Origin: Cycas panzhihuaensis
Lineage: Eukaryota; Plantae; Cycadophyta
Length of the DNA stretch: 64,000 bases
Direction of reading: 5' to 3'
NCBI GenBank assembly: GCA_023213395.1
Contig: CM041465.1
Location: 9,238,001 to 9,302,000 of the forward strand
Shown here: piece by piece, positions 1-12,380 of the stretch
Numbering within the stretch: position 1 is the stretch's first letter
Layout: the number at the start of each line of letters is the position of its first letter
Position numbers and translations under genes: made by a program
Notes under the pieces: generated by a model
What the model saw: only the letters and a program-made list of their open reading frames with translations
Databases searched by the model: none
Told to the model about the DNA's origin: nothing

Positions 1-1475
1 GAAAATCGTGCTACTCGGTTGATCGACATTTTCTCCATCACAAGGTGCTATTGTGTTCTAGTAAAATCACCCTTCTCTGCTCACGAAGGTCTACATGCTA
101 ATCTCTACACCTATAACCTACCCTTACATTTTTTACCTCTCTATACCTCCCTCGTTCATATCATATGCACCCCTACCTATGCTACCCATCTGAGCAATCT
201 GGTTGGTTTTTATATTATGCAAGCCACAACAACATAAAATTAAAGATTACATAATTCAAGTTACTAGAGGGCAAGTCTAGCACCTTGTAACATAACACAA
301 TATAAGCATATTAACTACTCTAATAAACCAAAAGTGGTGTATTCTCTCACCTAATGGAGCATGAAATGAGCTTCCACCTTACATAGGATGAACAAAACTA
401 TGAAAGGAAAAGAATTTACATGTGAACAGAGCTAAGAGATGAGGATGATCTTATATACATACATAATTTAAAGAGTAACCTATTAAGAAAGATAAAAGAT
501 CAAGTTAGGACAAGATTGGGTCCTTAATGCCTACATTGATAAATGGTAGCAAACTTAAAATATACCTACAATGTTAAAAGCCAAAGGTAATCATCAAAAA
601 AGAAAATTAGAAAAAGGCAAGATCATGATATATTGCCAAGGGGAGAGATTGGAAAGGTATAAGAATAATTACATCTAGAAGCCAAAGAAAGATGGTTGTC
701 CATTAGCACCGAAACTTAAGATTCAATGGAAAATAAGCAATGTAATATCTAAAATCTTGTCAATCAAGAGAATACAATATGAGAGAAACACTAGAAAAAT
801 CACTTGCAAGAAAGACAAGGTGGTGAAATCAAATCTTAAATGAAAATTTCCAGTATTACTTTGAGCAAAGACATTCAAAAGATTACCATCCAAGGAGATG
901 TAGAGGGATTGAAAGTACGCCCTTAGAATTATCAAAGAACAAGTCAATTTTTGACGAGAATTCAACTTATAAACTAAGGAAAGGTTGGTTTTCCATTAGC
1001 AAAGATCAAAATGTGAGACCAATGGAATGACTTGTTAAACAACAAAAATTAGTTTATGATTATGAGTTTGGTTGACTATGGTATCTATACTCTAGTTTAT
1101 GAATAGCATGATCAATGGCAATTCCAATTTATCCATGGAATTTGGTGTAGAGGATATAGTTAAATTTATAAGGAAATTGACCATATTACAATAATATCAA
1201 TTTACAAGAGTACAATAATCAGCTTACAAGAAGTTATTGCTTTACAATAACACAAGTTCAATTTATATAATGGCAAAAGTTTAATTTAAGGTTTAGAATT
1301 GCTTAATTAATTAAGGCATCCAAGCCAACAGTCAACTTAGTAATTAAAGTATTGTTAAAGGGTAAAACAAATTAGTTAACAACCAGTTAACATCAATTTA
1401 GGATAGGATGAATTATACCCATTAGATTCACACCTCTTTAGAATCAACAGTAAGCATAATATATAAACTTAGTTT

Positions 1476-1648
1476 TGTTGAAATATGGGATTCAATCACA
1501 TATGTAATGTTTAATGTTAATGTTGTGTGACACATACACAATCCCACCAATCACATACATTGAGATATGTGATAGGCACAAATATCCATGTAAATATGTT
1601 ATTGAATGATGTAACGGCCCAAGAGAAATTCTAGGCTACTCATGAGGT
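1476..1648 (+). repeat. Partial 5' LTR of element A (first 173 bp only)
   Basis: Colinear with the start of the 3' LTR at 6526 (e.g. CCACCAATCACATACATTGAGATATGT). Interrupted at 1649 by a second LTR start. Confidence 0.8.
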
Positions 1649-2123
1649 TGTTGGAATATGTGATTTATTACATATGTAATGTTTAATGTTAGGTGATGTG
1701 ACACATACACAATCCCACCATTCATATACAACGAGATGTGTAAGATGCACACATATCCATGTAATTACACTATTGGATGATATAAAGGCTCCAAAGAAAC
1801 TATAGCCTACTCATGAGGTGAATCATATTATAAATATGTACATAAACCACTTGAGAACTTGAGAAAGGATATGTAATTATTATGATCATAAAGAGGTCTC
1901 CCGTTGTTTTTCCCACACTAGGTTTGCCACATATAAATTTGTCTCTCTTGTGGTGAATGTTTGGGGCATGTTTGATGTGTTATTTACTTTATGATAATGT
2001 TGATTCCTTTACTTGTGTACATATATTCATGAGATTATTCAATTATTATACGTGCATTTTATATTCCACTATGTTACTCTATATTTCTATTATGGTATCA
2101 TAGTGCAATTATAAATTCTAACA
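1649..2123 (+). repeat. Complete LTR of a related subfamily (B) joined to A's partial 5' LTR
   Basis: TGTTGGAATATG...TTCTAACA followed directly by PBS TGGTGTCAGAGC. Homologous to 6526-7068 but more diverged from it than 1476-1648 is. Confidence 0.75.
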
Positions 2124-5100
2124 TGGTGTCAGAGCACTTTCTAACATGGTATCACAGTCATGGTTAGTTTAAAGATCTTGTGCAGTGAGAAGAAGCCTAT
2201 CAAGCTAGTTTGATAAGGCAATACAAGAGCCAAATATGAGGTGAATATGATGAGCCGAAAGTTTGAATATGCCAATGTTTAACTAGTGACATGTGAGCAA
2301 GATCCAAGGGCTAGATGAAGATCGATGAAGAGTCGCATACAGATGAAGCCAGATAAAGCCGCATATAAGAGATGAAGTAGATATTGATGGTATGTTGATG
2401 TATTTAATTTTATGTAAGCAATTTATTTATGCATGTTGGTACCATATTAACAAAGCATGTAGGTATGAAATTGAACCCACCAAATATGATATGATTGTTC
2501 ATTAGTGAAGGCTTTTGCGAGTGTCATGTTGAGGATTCGTTGTCACTAATGAACCATTATGGAGGCTTTTGTGAGCGTCTCACAATAGATATTCACTACC
2601 AGAATGAAGCCACTAACCCATCAGTAAGACAAAAAAAGGGCAAAAATTAGGCAACAGGCCTATATAGTATTATGGAGAGGCATATTTGACAATAAATGAA
2701 AGGTATATTGCATCATTATTATGTGGGCAACATTACAATACACGATGTTTATGGCATGTGATAAAATATGAAATGAGGGTTGATAAAAATATTGTTGAGG
2801 GCATGTGAGTAAAAAACAACTGATTTGGTGGCATTTTTTGAAAAAGATTCTAATGGCATGATGATAGTATATGGTATAATTGACAGCATAAATGTATGAT
2901 TATGTGGACAATGTGATGATACTGTTGAACTCTGATAATGTCAATAATATTAAGGGCACAAGAATATTATCTTGGCATCATGGGTGTGATAAAAATATAT
3001 GACAGCATGTTATTGATGGCATTATTATAAAGTGTTTGGTGAAAATATTGAGGGTTTCACCAATTTCTCCATGTGATGAAAATTTTATATTGTTAGTGAG
3101 GCTTGTTTTAGGTAGACGATGGGGACCGTAATTCCGTTGTTGTAACAATGGCGTGATATGATAATAATTCTGTCCAAAGGCCATCGGCATGGGCATGTGA
3201 AAGTAATAAAATTGGATGGTGAGATACTCAAGTTCAAAGCGCCGACTATAGTTGAGAAAATGTTGAAGATACTGCCCTCTCCATCAAAATCTATATATAA
3301 CGTGATCAAATCCGGTCCCTTGCTACCTGACAAATGACGACGATTATAGTCTCTGCTATGCATTAAAAGGTGCATGCACATGCACTTGCTATGATCGCAA
3401 CCTCTAAGGTGACCAAACTTAAATGCCTCCTACCGGGGACCCACACCTGCAGATCGCAATCAAAGACACCCTCCACAGCTGTAAAGCACACCCACAGATT
3501 AGAGAAAAATAGACCTCACTAGTCGCACGAACCACACGAAGATTCGAACATGTCTACCAAACGAAACAACCACAGAAAAATAAGCTTTGCATATACAGAC
3601 GTCTCCATAGTTGTCAACCAACAAAGCAGAGAAGCATTGGCAAACAGTCAAAGCCATTTACAAACCTTGCGCAAATCTCCGAAGTCACGCAAATTGCCAT
3701 GAAGAAATAACGGAGGAGAGACACAAAAGCCCTCAACAACCACGAAGTATATCAATGTAGACGATTTTTTGATCATGACAAAAAATTTGCATATGAATTT
3801 TTGGTTTATAAAAAAAATTGCGAAGTTTTTGAGAAATTTAATTGAATTGGATAAACTTTCAAACACAAATTGCAATGCCTTATCAATAAGCTAGAGGTTA
3901 CATGGAGAGCCCACACGACCAGGGGCTAAGGTGTGAAGGGGATAGACTCTAAAATGGAGTAAATCGACTTGGATTAGTTTTGTATTTGCAAAAATTATAT
4001 ACCAAATTTAAATGATTTTTGGGATCTGTCAGCTATTTCTCAAGGATCACAAATATTTTCATGATACACTGGCACTTTTTTTAGCATAACTTCTCATTGG
4101 TATGTCAAATTCAGATGTCATCAATTGCGTGGGAAAAGGAACTTTGAGACGGTTGAAATGAGTGATCGCGCGACATATTTCAAACAATGGATGACAGAAA
4201 AAATTAGTGGTAAAGTTGATGAAAGTGCTCTAAACCTCATAAAATCTACATTCTATAACATTTTTCAAAACAAAATCAGTACATTATGATGTTTTCAAAG
4301 GCTCCTGACATGATGGTGATATTATTTTTTATTGATAGTGAAAGAAAAAGAAAGTTTCATTTAAAAGTGAATAAATTAAGGCTCATTTATGACATTCAAA
4401 GGCTCAAAATCAATTGGAAAATTCATGAAGTGGGAAATATTTTTTATGAAAATGATATAGAAAATTATTGAAATGCTGGACATGAAAACACCCCTTGGAA
4501 AAACACATTTGATTTAGTGAATAACACAACACTAGTCAAATGAATAGGTCACCTGATACATTTGGATACAATTTTTTGATGAATGATGAATGTGAATGAT
4601 ATCGATTCAATGAATAATAACACCACCTGATATTTGATAAAGGGTACTCAATTTGATTGATGTTGGAGAGATAAGGAGATTGAGAGATTATGCTTGTTAA
4701 TGAAACAAGGAGAAGCCTCAAGTGATTGATTAATTCGCATATTAAATTAGTTGTAAATGTGATCCAGCTAATGCTCAACTATTAAACGGTCCAATTGAAA
4801 GATGAAAGATGATGAAAAAGTTTGTCAATGAGAAACCTGACTAGCCATGTATGACAAGAGGTGTGGAAACACATTGCTAATGCTACCTTCTTACGTCCAA
4901 CTTATCTTAGCCAAGTAGTTCAACTTGTTCCTGGAGTTAGTTGTTTTAAGATGATATTGCTGAAAATGGATGCCAAAAGAAAGTTGCAAAAGTGTGCAAG
5001 TGAGGAAGCACACGAAGAAAAAGAGAAAGGAATCTTGTTCAAAAGAGGCAAGTGCAAGTTTCACAAGCTACTCTTGCACAACACACTTGATTGTGTTGTT

Positions 5101-5593
5101 CTAACTCGTGTGCAAGAGGCAAGATTATGCTGCTCTTGTAAAAGCAATTTGAAAGTTGATAAACCATGTATCTAAAGCAATTACCTAGAGAACTAGTGAT
5201 TACAGAAGTTGGTTACCCATGTATTTTGTTAGATGGTTATTGTTTTATATGGACTTGGAAATCAATTTGTTTATTTGATAATTGGGTTGATAGAATATTG
5301 ATGAAAGCAGCTATACATGTGAAGATATGAAGATGTTTACGAAAACACTTCATATATTGTTGATGTTGATATTGGCGAATGATGTTAGTTATATATACAG
5401 GTTAAATGTTTATAGTTAGTCACTGAGATACACAGATGACTGCATACAAGTTGATAACAGGTTATTGATTACAGTGTTGAAGGAATGGATCTAGGGATCT
5501 AGTGCACTAACACTACACAATGGCAAATAGTGGAGACAAGCATAATGTACTCAACAATAGAAATGCTAATAGCTTGAGCTCAAAGAGGAGAAG

Positions 5594-6229
5594 TGTAGAA
5601 TATGATCACTCTCCATGTAATTTTAACTTATATAATGAGAATGTTCATTAGAGTTTGGAATTTGAGTTTTCCCTCCCAATACATTCAGATGAGATTACAT
5701 GAAATTACAATGAAATGAACTTTATGTCATTTCACTTAAGTGACTTAAGCATAGTCACCTTATCCTAAAGTTACAAACATAAAAGTGACTTTATCTAATT
5801 CTAACTTTATGAAACGACCATGTGACATTAACATCGTCACAATCCCCCCCTTAATGGCAGCAGATCATTTTCCTTTATCCTATTCTAATCTATGAGGTCT
5901 TCATTTTAGCCTCATCATTACATTGAGAAAAAAAAAAAATCTACAACCTACAAGACACTTTTGTGGGAAAACCCTCAGGGGAATAAAAACCCACAGACTT
6001 GACTTCCTATTCTATGAAGTGGCTCAGGCGGTTCTTTGAGTGCAGCCAGATAGCCAAGCAGTACAAGTTGGTTGTACAGCTTTAATCTGCTAAGTCTCCA
6101 TATACCGTTTCATTATCCCCCATGCCCTTTCAGGTTTTCATAGGTTCTGATTTTCGAAACAAGTACAACCCAACTCCTTTCGCGCCCACGAGGGGTTTTC
6201 ACGAATGGGAGAGAGCAAAGACTTACTCT
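5594..6229 (-). mobile_element. Truncated copia fragment (3' UTR + PPT + 3' LTR) related to element F, embedded in A
   Basis: 5842-6229 aligns with F's 3' UTR at 30909-31270 (ATGCCCTTT(T)CAGGTTTTCA-AGGTTCTGATTTTC; GGGGTTTTCACGA; ACTTACTCT). Reverse-complement PPT ATCCCCCCCTTAAT starts at 5842. The LTR-like segment ~5594-5841 shares TTTCACTTAAGTGA with F's LTRs. Left boundary approximate. Confidence 0.7.
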
Positions 6230-6525
6230 AATTATGATTCATGATTAATATTGTACAGGTTGGATGTTCACAGTTGGTTATTGATATATACAAATAACTA
6301 TATATAGGATTATATAGGTTATTGATCGCACATACATAGGTTAATGCTTGCAGGAGGCAAGCATAATGGATGTCAGATTTACAGATGATGGATGACATGA
6401 TACAAGTTATAGCATGATACAGATTTGATACAGGTTACAGGATCCAACAGACATGAAGACAAAGAAGACCAAGGGATTGAAGAATCGAAGACCAAGATTC
6501 AAAGACATTAAACATTAAGGGGGAA

Positions 6526-7068
6526 TGTTGGAATATGCGATTTAATCACATATGTAATATTTAATGTTAATGTTGTGTGATACATACACAATTCCACCAA
6601 TCACATACATTGAGATATGTAATAGGTACACACATCCATGCAAATATGCTATTAGGATGATGTAACAGCTTAAGAGAAATTGCAGATTACTCATGAAGTG
6701 ACTATTGATATAAATATGTGCACACACCACGTGAGAACTGGAGAAAGGATTGAGAAAGGTCCAAGACCTGGAAATGTATTCATTATGATCATAAGAGGAG
6801 CTCCCAACTCCACCTTCTCCCTTGGTTTTTTCCACACTGGATTTTTCACGCATAAATCTATCATTGCTCTTGTGGTGAATGCTTGGTGCATGCTTTATTT
6901 GTTTATTTACTTTATAATCCATGATTATCCTTTATATGTGTACATTCGTCATCAAACAACTCAATCATAATACATACATGTTATATTTTCGTTGTGTTAT
7001 ACCCAGTACATCACAACATGATACTCTAAATTATAATTTGGTATTTGAGTAAATTTACATTTCTAACA
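6526..7068 (+). repeat. 3' LTR of element A
   Basis: Follows the PPT, has TG...CA termini and a TATAAATA box near 6710, and is followed by the TSD. Confidence 0.85.
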
Positions 7069-10004
7069 AGTTTTAGGATGTGGTAAATCATCAATTCTAA
7101 TGAAAGCATTTGTATTCTCTCTTGTCATAGATTGGAATCAAAAGAGGGTTATAGTTGATGAAAGGCTTTCAATAATGCATTATCATTTTATAAACTTCAT
7201 TAAGTCATGTGTCAAATGAATGAACGTTAAACCAAGTGGAGGGGAAATGAAAGCAGGCTTAATAAATACACAAGACATATAACATCACTTGGTAGGGTCA
7301 ACTATTGTTAACCCTATAGGATTTCTCAGTATGTTCATACCCTAATAAGAAAAAGGATAAATCCCAAGCCAAACAAGACAAAAAAAAAGATTAGACAACT
7401 AAGGCCATAGGTCCTATAGCCAAGTCCATCTGACCTCTCATAACCCTAAACATTACGTAGAAGCGAAATCACCATGAAACAAATGGTAGGACAAATTCAC
7501 AAGGGACAATTCATAATAATACTAAAAAATATTTTGCATTGAGGGGGAAAAATGGAATTTCTAACTACTACACTCACGAAAAAGAATAGAAAGGGTAAAA
7601 GGAAATGTTTTGTGATTAAATTTTTGAAAAGGGTGCAACAAATGTGCAATCCACTTACTTACCATAGCTATTATTGAAATTACCACAGCATCCACTATAG
7701 GAAAAACCTTGATAAGCTACTAAAAATCCCATCCTAAGAAAACTAATTTTATGATGTCCCATGTGTGAATGTATAATCTAACTCATAAAGCCAACCTTGC
7801 CTACTCTTAACTTGTTAGGAACAAACTAAGATTGAATTAACCCAAAATCAAGAAGAAAAATTAGCCAAGAAGAATTAATGGATTTCAACATTCATTTCAA
7901 CTAAACTCCTTGAATGACACAAGTCATCAATAACATTATGGCCCAAATCATTGACTCACATGGGGTCACTAACACAGGCATAAATAGCAATCAAGATTAT
8001 TGTAAATTGCCAACAAACCATGTTGTAGATTACAAGACACATATTGCCATCAAGATTGTGTTGCAAATCACCAACATTTAGATTATTAAGACTATTGTTG
8101 GACATACCACACAAAAATGGATTTGTACAGGACTTTAAACAATTGTGGGACATAAATGCTTATGGATGTTGAACCTAAGAATTTTATTCTAGATTTGGAT
8201 CATAAAATGGGATTGTGCAAAACTTAGAAATATCTTATAACTTATAATATGGTGGATTTATTGAACCATCTCATTTAATCGGCATGCAACTTGTGCACAC
8301 CCACCATAATTGCCTACTAGAGAACGATCACCATACACAATGAAGAGCAAAGAACAAATAGCATAAACAAATCAAGCACACACTGAAAACACTAGGAAAT
8401 TCAGGTCTAAGCATAGATCTTTTATTAATATGAGCAATAGGTAAAGAAATTCCAAAAATGAAACCCCAACTCACCTCATCAACTCATCCACCCTGTACTG
8501 TCTACAAAGAATTACTCAATTTGGGTTATATAAAGAATATCATAAGGAAGTACAAGATCTGAATTGTCAGATCTAGAGTCTTTATAATGAACGACCCTGA
8601 TTCTCTTTTTTGTTTGAACCCTGAAATTTGTTTTAGGGTTGTTGACCCTAAACCCTTACTACCAAAGGGGCCTATCGCCCCCCTTGGATCCCCTCAGGGG
8701 AGTTGGAGGGGAAAACCGTGTCGAAGCAGGACCAAAACTTTAGCCTCCTTATGCATATGTAACACTTGTAAAGTGTTCAACATATCCAACACGCAAAACT
8801 TGGAATTTTGCTATCAACCATATATTGTCCCTGGTCCAAGGCATACCTATTATGTAATAGAGTTATCAAGAACATCTAGTAAGTAAAATGAGGTAAAGTT
8901 GTGCCCCCCTCGCTAACAACATCATTCATTATCTCTGATTCACTACTCAATACGCACTATATATTGAACAAAAAATTGACAAATTCATGATATCAACAAA
9001 AAAGTCCATCTACATATAACCTACACAAAATAGTGCCTACATAGCTTCCACACTAACTTTTCATATTTAACTAACCACATTTCTAATCTATAAAATAAAA
9101 AGCAGTAGAGGCTTCTATCATGTGCACTTATTTCAAAAACAAGTGAAAAGAGTTCAAATTATTAAATTGAATCTAACCATGAAAGCCATCGTTAAGGGAG
9201 AGTTGCATGACAATTATTTGCCATGGGTGCTTACTAGTGTCTTCTAAAGTTATGCACAGAACCAAAGTTTAATTCACTAGTCGGTAGCTCAACTCCATGA
9301 CCACAAGAGACAAGGCACCCACTGAATAACTTAAGAGGGCAAAGTGATGAATTGTAGAAAATGAGCTAGAGTTGGTGTTTGGAGGGGGTGGTGGGCGAGA
9401 GGTTACTCTACCTCCTTATTGGTGAGTAGCTGCCAGTAATAATACTATTACATTGGTAGCTATGATTTGAAATGGGGAGAAAGTTCTGCCAAGCAAAGAG
9501 ATTGTACATGTTTGGGCAACTATAGCTATGGATCCAAAGCCCTCAACATAGAGGGGCACAAAGACTAAGTATTTGAGTGCACCTCATTGGCATTTCATTT
9601 GTTAACCACTTGTGATTAGTTTTGGACCCCTTTCTAGTCTCTTCTATGTGAATTCTACAAACCGTATAAATAAGCTTTTGTTACTCTCTACAAATACAAT
9701 AGTACTTGGAGAAATGCAAGCAAATGTTCTCAGTATTTATCTCTGCTCAAGGATGAAGATCTTAACTAGTAAAGAATATTGAGAGAAGATTTATGTCCAG
9801 ATAGAATTGCTGTATGTTAGAAAATGCTTGAAAGAATAACTATGACAGATGGAGGTAGCCACACCAAAAGCACAAAAGGATGCAACACCACCATCACAGC
9901 AAGTAGGGATAATACAAATCACTTGACCACAAAGACGGGAGCAAATTCAATAGGTAAGCAACATAAGCATATTTGTTATTGCTAAGTATAATCTTTAGGA
10001 AGCA

Positions 10005-10223
10005 GGTTTACTCTAATCAGCAATGGTTTTTGTGTGCGATCCACCAATTGGTGGTCATGAGTTCAACCCCATGGATCCATCAATGGTGCACACGGTATAG
10101 GCTGTAATGCTGAGGACTTGCGGAGAGCTCAATGGTGCACACGGTATAGGCTGTAATGCGAGGACTTGTGGAGAACTGGGGCTTCCAACAAGACTCGGGT
10201 CCCATGGACGGGGGCTATCTAAA
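10005..10223 (+). mobile_element. Possible tRNA-derived SINE with internal 49-bp tandem duplication
   Basis: B-box-like GAGTTCAACCCC near 10059-10070, weak A-box, ends GGGGGCTATCT plus a short A-tail. Flanking AAGCA direct repeat (10000-10004 / 10224-10228). Confidence 0.4.
10081..10177. repeat. Tandem duplication, period 49 bp
   Basis: CAATGGTGCACACGGTATAGGCTGTAATGC(T)GAGGACTTGYGGAGA at 10081 and 10130. Confidence 0.95.
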
Positions 10224-10817
10224 AAGCATCAGCGGCAGTTGCTAACGCTTTTCAGGAGCTCATAGGGAAAATGCGGTCCCATGAGTTTTTGCATTTCCTC
10301 TTTATCAGTCCAAATATACTCATGCAAAAACCCTCCATGCATACGACACAGACATTAAAAATCTCTGGTTAGTAGTTGCTCAATTGAATTTGGTGAAAAA
10401 AACAGTGATTGAGAGTTCCGGTGAATTGATTCATGAGACACATATTTTTGGCCTAAGCCATAGCAACTCAAGCCAGCCACTGAGAATCAGTGGCATAAGC
10501 ATTCCTACTGCTGAAATCCAGGAGAAAATACAAGTTTATCCTTCCAGCGGTCTCAAATCGTTTGCATAAGACCGCATTTTGCAAGAAAATAGGAGCCCAG
10601 CCCGTGCATGGAACCGCGGTCTAAGCTACGGCGCTGGGCTTGTTTTAGTTTGAGGATAAATAATCCTTTATCAACACAGACCGAAAGGACAGATTACACT
10701 GGAGTTGAGAGTCACACATGCTTGTCTGAGTATGGTTGCGTGGGGTAAAGGTCCCCTCTCTACGTGTGTAGCCTATCTGATGTTTAAAAGAAACCCAATC
10801 AAGGTCTGCAACTTTAC

Positions 10818-11235
10818 CTAAGTGGCCCTGCTTTACAGCTATATGGAAAGCATCGTAGCCGGCGAGGTTTTTCTGGGAGACGGAGTCTGGATGGGCGAAC
10901 TTGAGAAGCTCCTTCAACACCTCCAAGTGCCCTCCTTCTGCAGCAATATACAAAGGAGTTTCCCCGAGCTCGTTGACTTCGTTCACCAGCATTTCTTCGC
11001 TGTCTGCATGGGCTCTGCCATTCAGAACGGCTTTCACTCCTTCCAAATCCCCCATCTTCACAGCTACGTGCAGCTCCGTATCATTGTGCCTTCCGGTCAC
11101 CTGCTTCACGTACTGTTTCTTCTCATCCATCTTGTTCCCGGAGTTAGACAATACCAGCGTTGCCGGTGCCGGAAGACCATCTTGTTGGGCACGCCCCCAC
11201 CTCGAATTCAAGCCCTTCTCCTCTGCGTCTGCCAT
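10818..11235 (-). CDS. ITN1: Coding exon 1 of an ITN1-like ankyrin-repeat protein (ANK-transmembrane/PGG family)
   Basis: ATG at 11235 (MADAEEKGL...). KKQYVKQVTGRHNDTELHVAV matches the N-terminal signature of the plant ITN1 clade. Ankyrin motifs GETPLYIAAEGGHLEVLKELL and GYDAFHIAVKQGH. Phase-1 donor TTAG|GTAAAG at 10818/10817. The symbol means ITN1-like; orthology was not tested. Confidence 0.88.
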
Positions 11236-12380
11236 TGCCGATGCGACGGATGAACGTCCAAAACCCAAATCAGACCATCGTTGCTACATCGTTCCCCGCC
11301 CATCCCTCCCAAACAAATGAAGAGGAATCGTGCAGGGTCACAGCACCGAGCATGGTGGTGGGTCCCACCACTCGCATGGGGCCCCCCATGAACCCCGCCT
11401 CCGCACTAACTCCTCCCACGACACAAAACCCCGGACCACCCCTCGTTGGTGATGTGAATTAAATACGTATGTGTAGCGCCCGCGCCCGTTGATGGTTTTC
11501 CGTCCAAATGGACCACAGCCCACACTCCGTTGGACTCATCCATCCGAAATTCACATCACCCATCAACTCCTGCGGATATGTGCTTAGCCTCTGCATAATT
11601 CGCTCGCCACACGCTCCAGGGTCTCCAGGAGAGCGTATATATATACACCATAAATATACATACCCAACCGCAACTACATGGCATGCCCGTGCCAGAGCTT
11701 GCTTTACACGCTTCCTTTCCTTGTCTTTTTTTTTGGCTTTCTTCTTTCGAATCCGACGGTTTGAATTGTCCGTCAAAAGTTATCCAATACACCAAACGCA
11801 CAGGCAAGCACAAAATTCCCCGCACCCCCGCCCCCCCCCAATGTTAGCCGTCGTGTTTCACATGGAATTCTTTTCAGGCACGAAACACCAGCAAGACATT
11901 TCCGTCAACGTGGACGGCTGATTGTCAAAGGCCAAGCGATGAATGCCACCCCAAAAATTTTCGGAGGGAGCCATTCCACGTGGCACCCAAATTTGTCGCA
12001 TAGGATATATGCGATCCCAATGTCTTTCCGGGCTACTTCGTGCTCTGTAATCATTGAATACACGGGAAACAAAACTTGGGTTGCATGTGAACCCGTACAT
12101 AGCGCAGCGTTTCCGCGAAGCAGCATAAAAGCAACACACTCGCCAATGTTGACCCACTAGATAGAAATTACGACTACATTGCTCTTAACCTTGAAAGCTC
12201 ATCTGTTCATTATTTATTAATATTGCGTGGATCAATGATCGTCTTTTTAATTTCATAAAAAGCTCTTCATTTCCTTTACAATGCGGCATTTCTATTTTAC
12301 GTCGATAAAGAAGGCGGCCTTGCTTTTCCAAATAAACGACGGTAACGATGGATCTTTTCTTTGGTGGGTGCCCCGACTTT
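11236..12380 (-). promoter_or_regulatory. GC/CpG-rich 5' UTR and promoter region of the ankyrin gene
   Basis: Abrupt CpG retention compared with the CpG-poor flanks. TATA-like TATTTAA (minus, ~11459-11465) and TATATATA (~11636-11645). G-box CCACGTGG at ~11976-11983. TSS not determinable. Confidence 0.5.

Larger units (their letters stand above)
1476..7068 (+). mobile_element. Element A: LTR retrotransposon-derived, non-autonomous/chimeric, no recognisable pol
   Basis: Starts TGTTG at 1476 and ends CTAACA at 7068. Perfect TSD AGTTT (1471-1475 / 7069-7073). tRNA-iMet-type PBS at 2124-2135 and 2147-2158. PPT ATTAAGGGGGAA at 6514-6525. No RT/IN motifs seen. Confidence 0.85.

Noticed and set aside
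240-1450. Possible gypsy gag/LTR relic
   Set aside because: Purine-rich and coding-like, but no motif, PBS or terminus I can support.
7600-8260. Possible LINE endonuclease relic (MDFNIH resembling GDFN)
   Set aside because: A single degenerate motif is insufficient evidence.
10645-10817. ORF-track C-terminal extension of the ankyrin ORF, and its TTG start at 11268
   Set aside because: Ankyrin similarity stops at a good GT donor (10817), so the extension is intron read-through. The first in-frame ATG is at 11235.
10822-12160. Many overlapping 60-143 aa ORFs on both strands
   Set aside because: Expected by-product of high GC and of antisense frames to the real exon; no recognisable domains.
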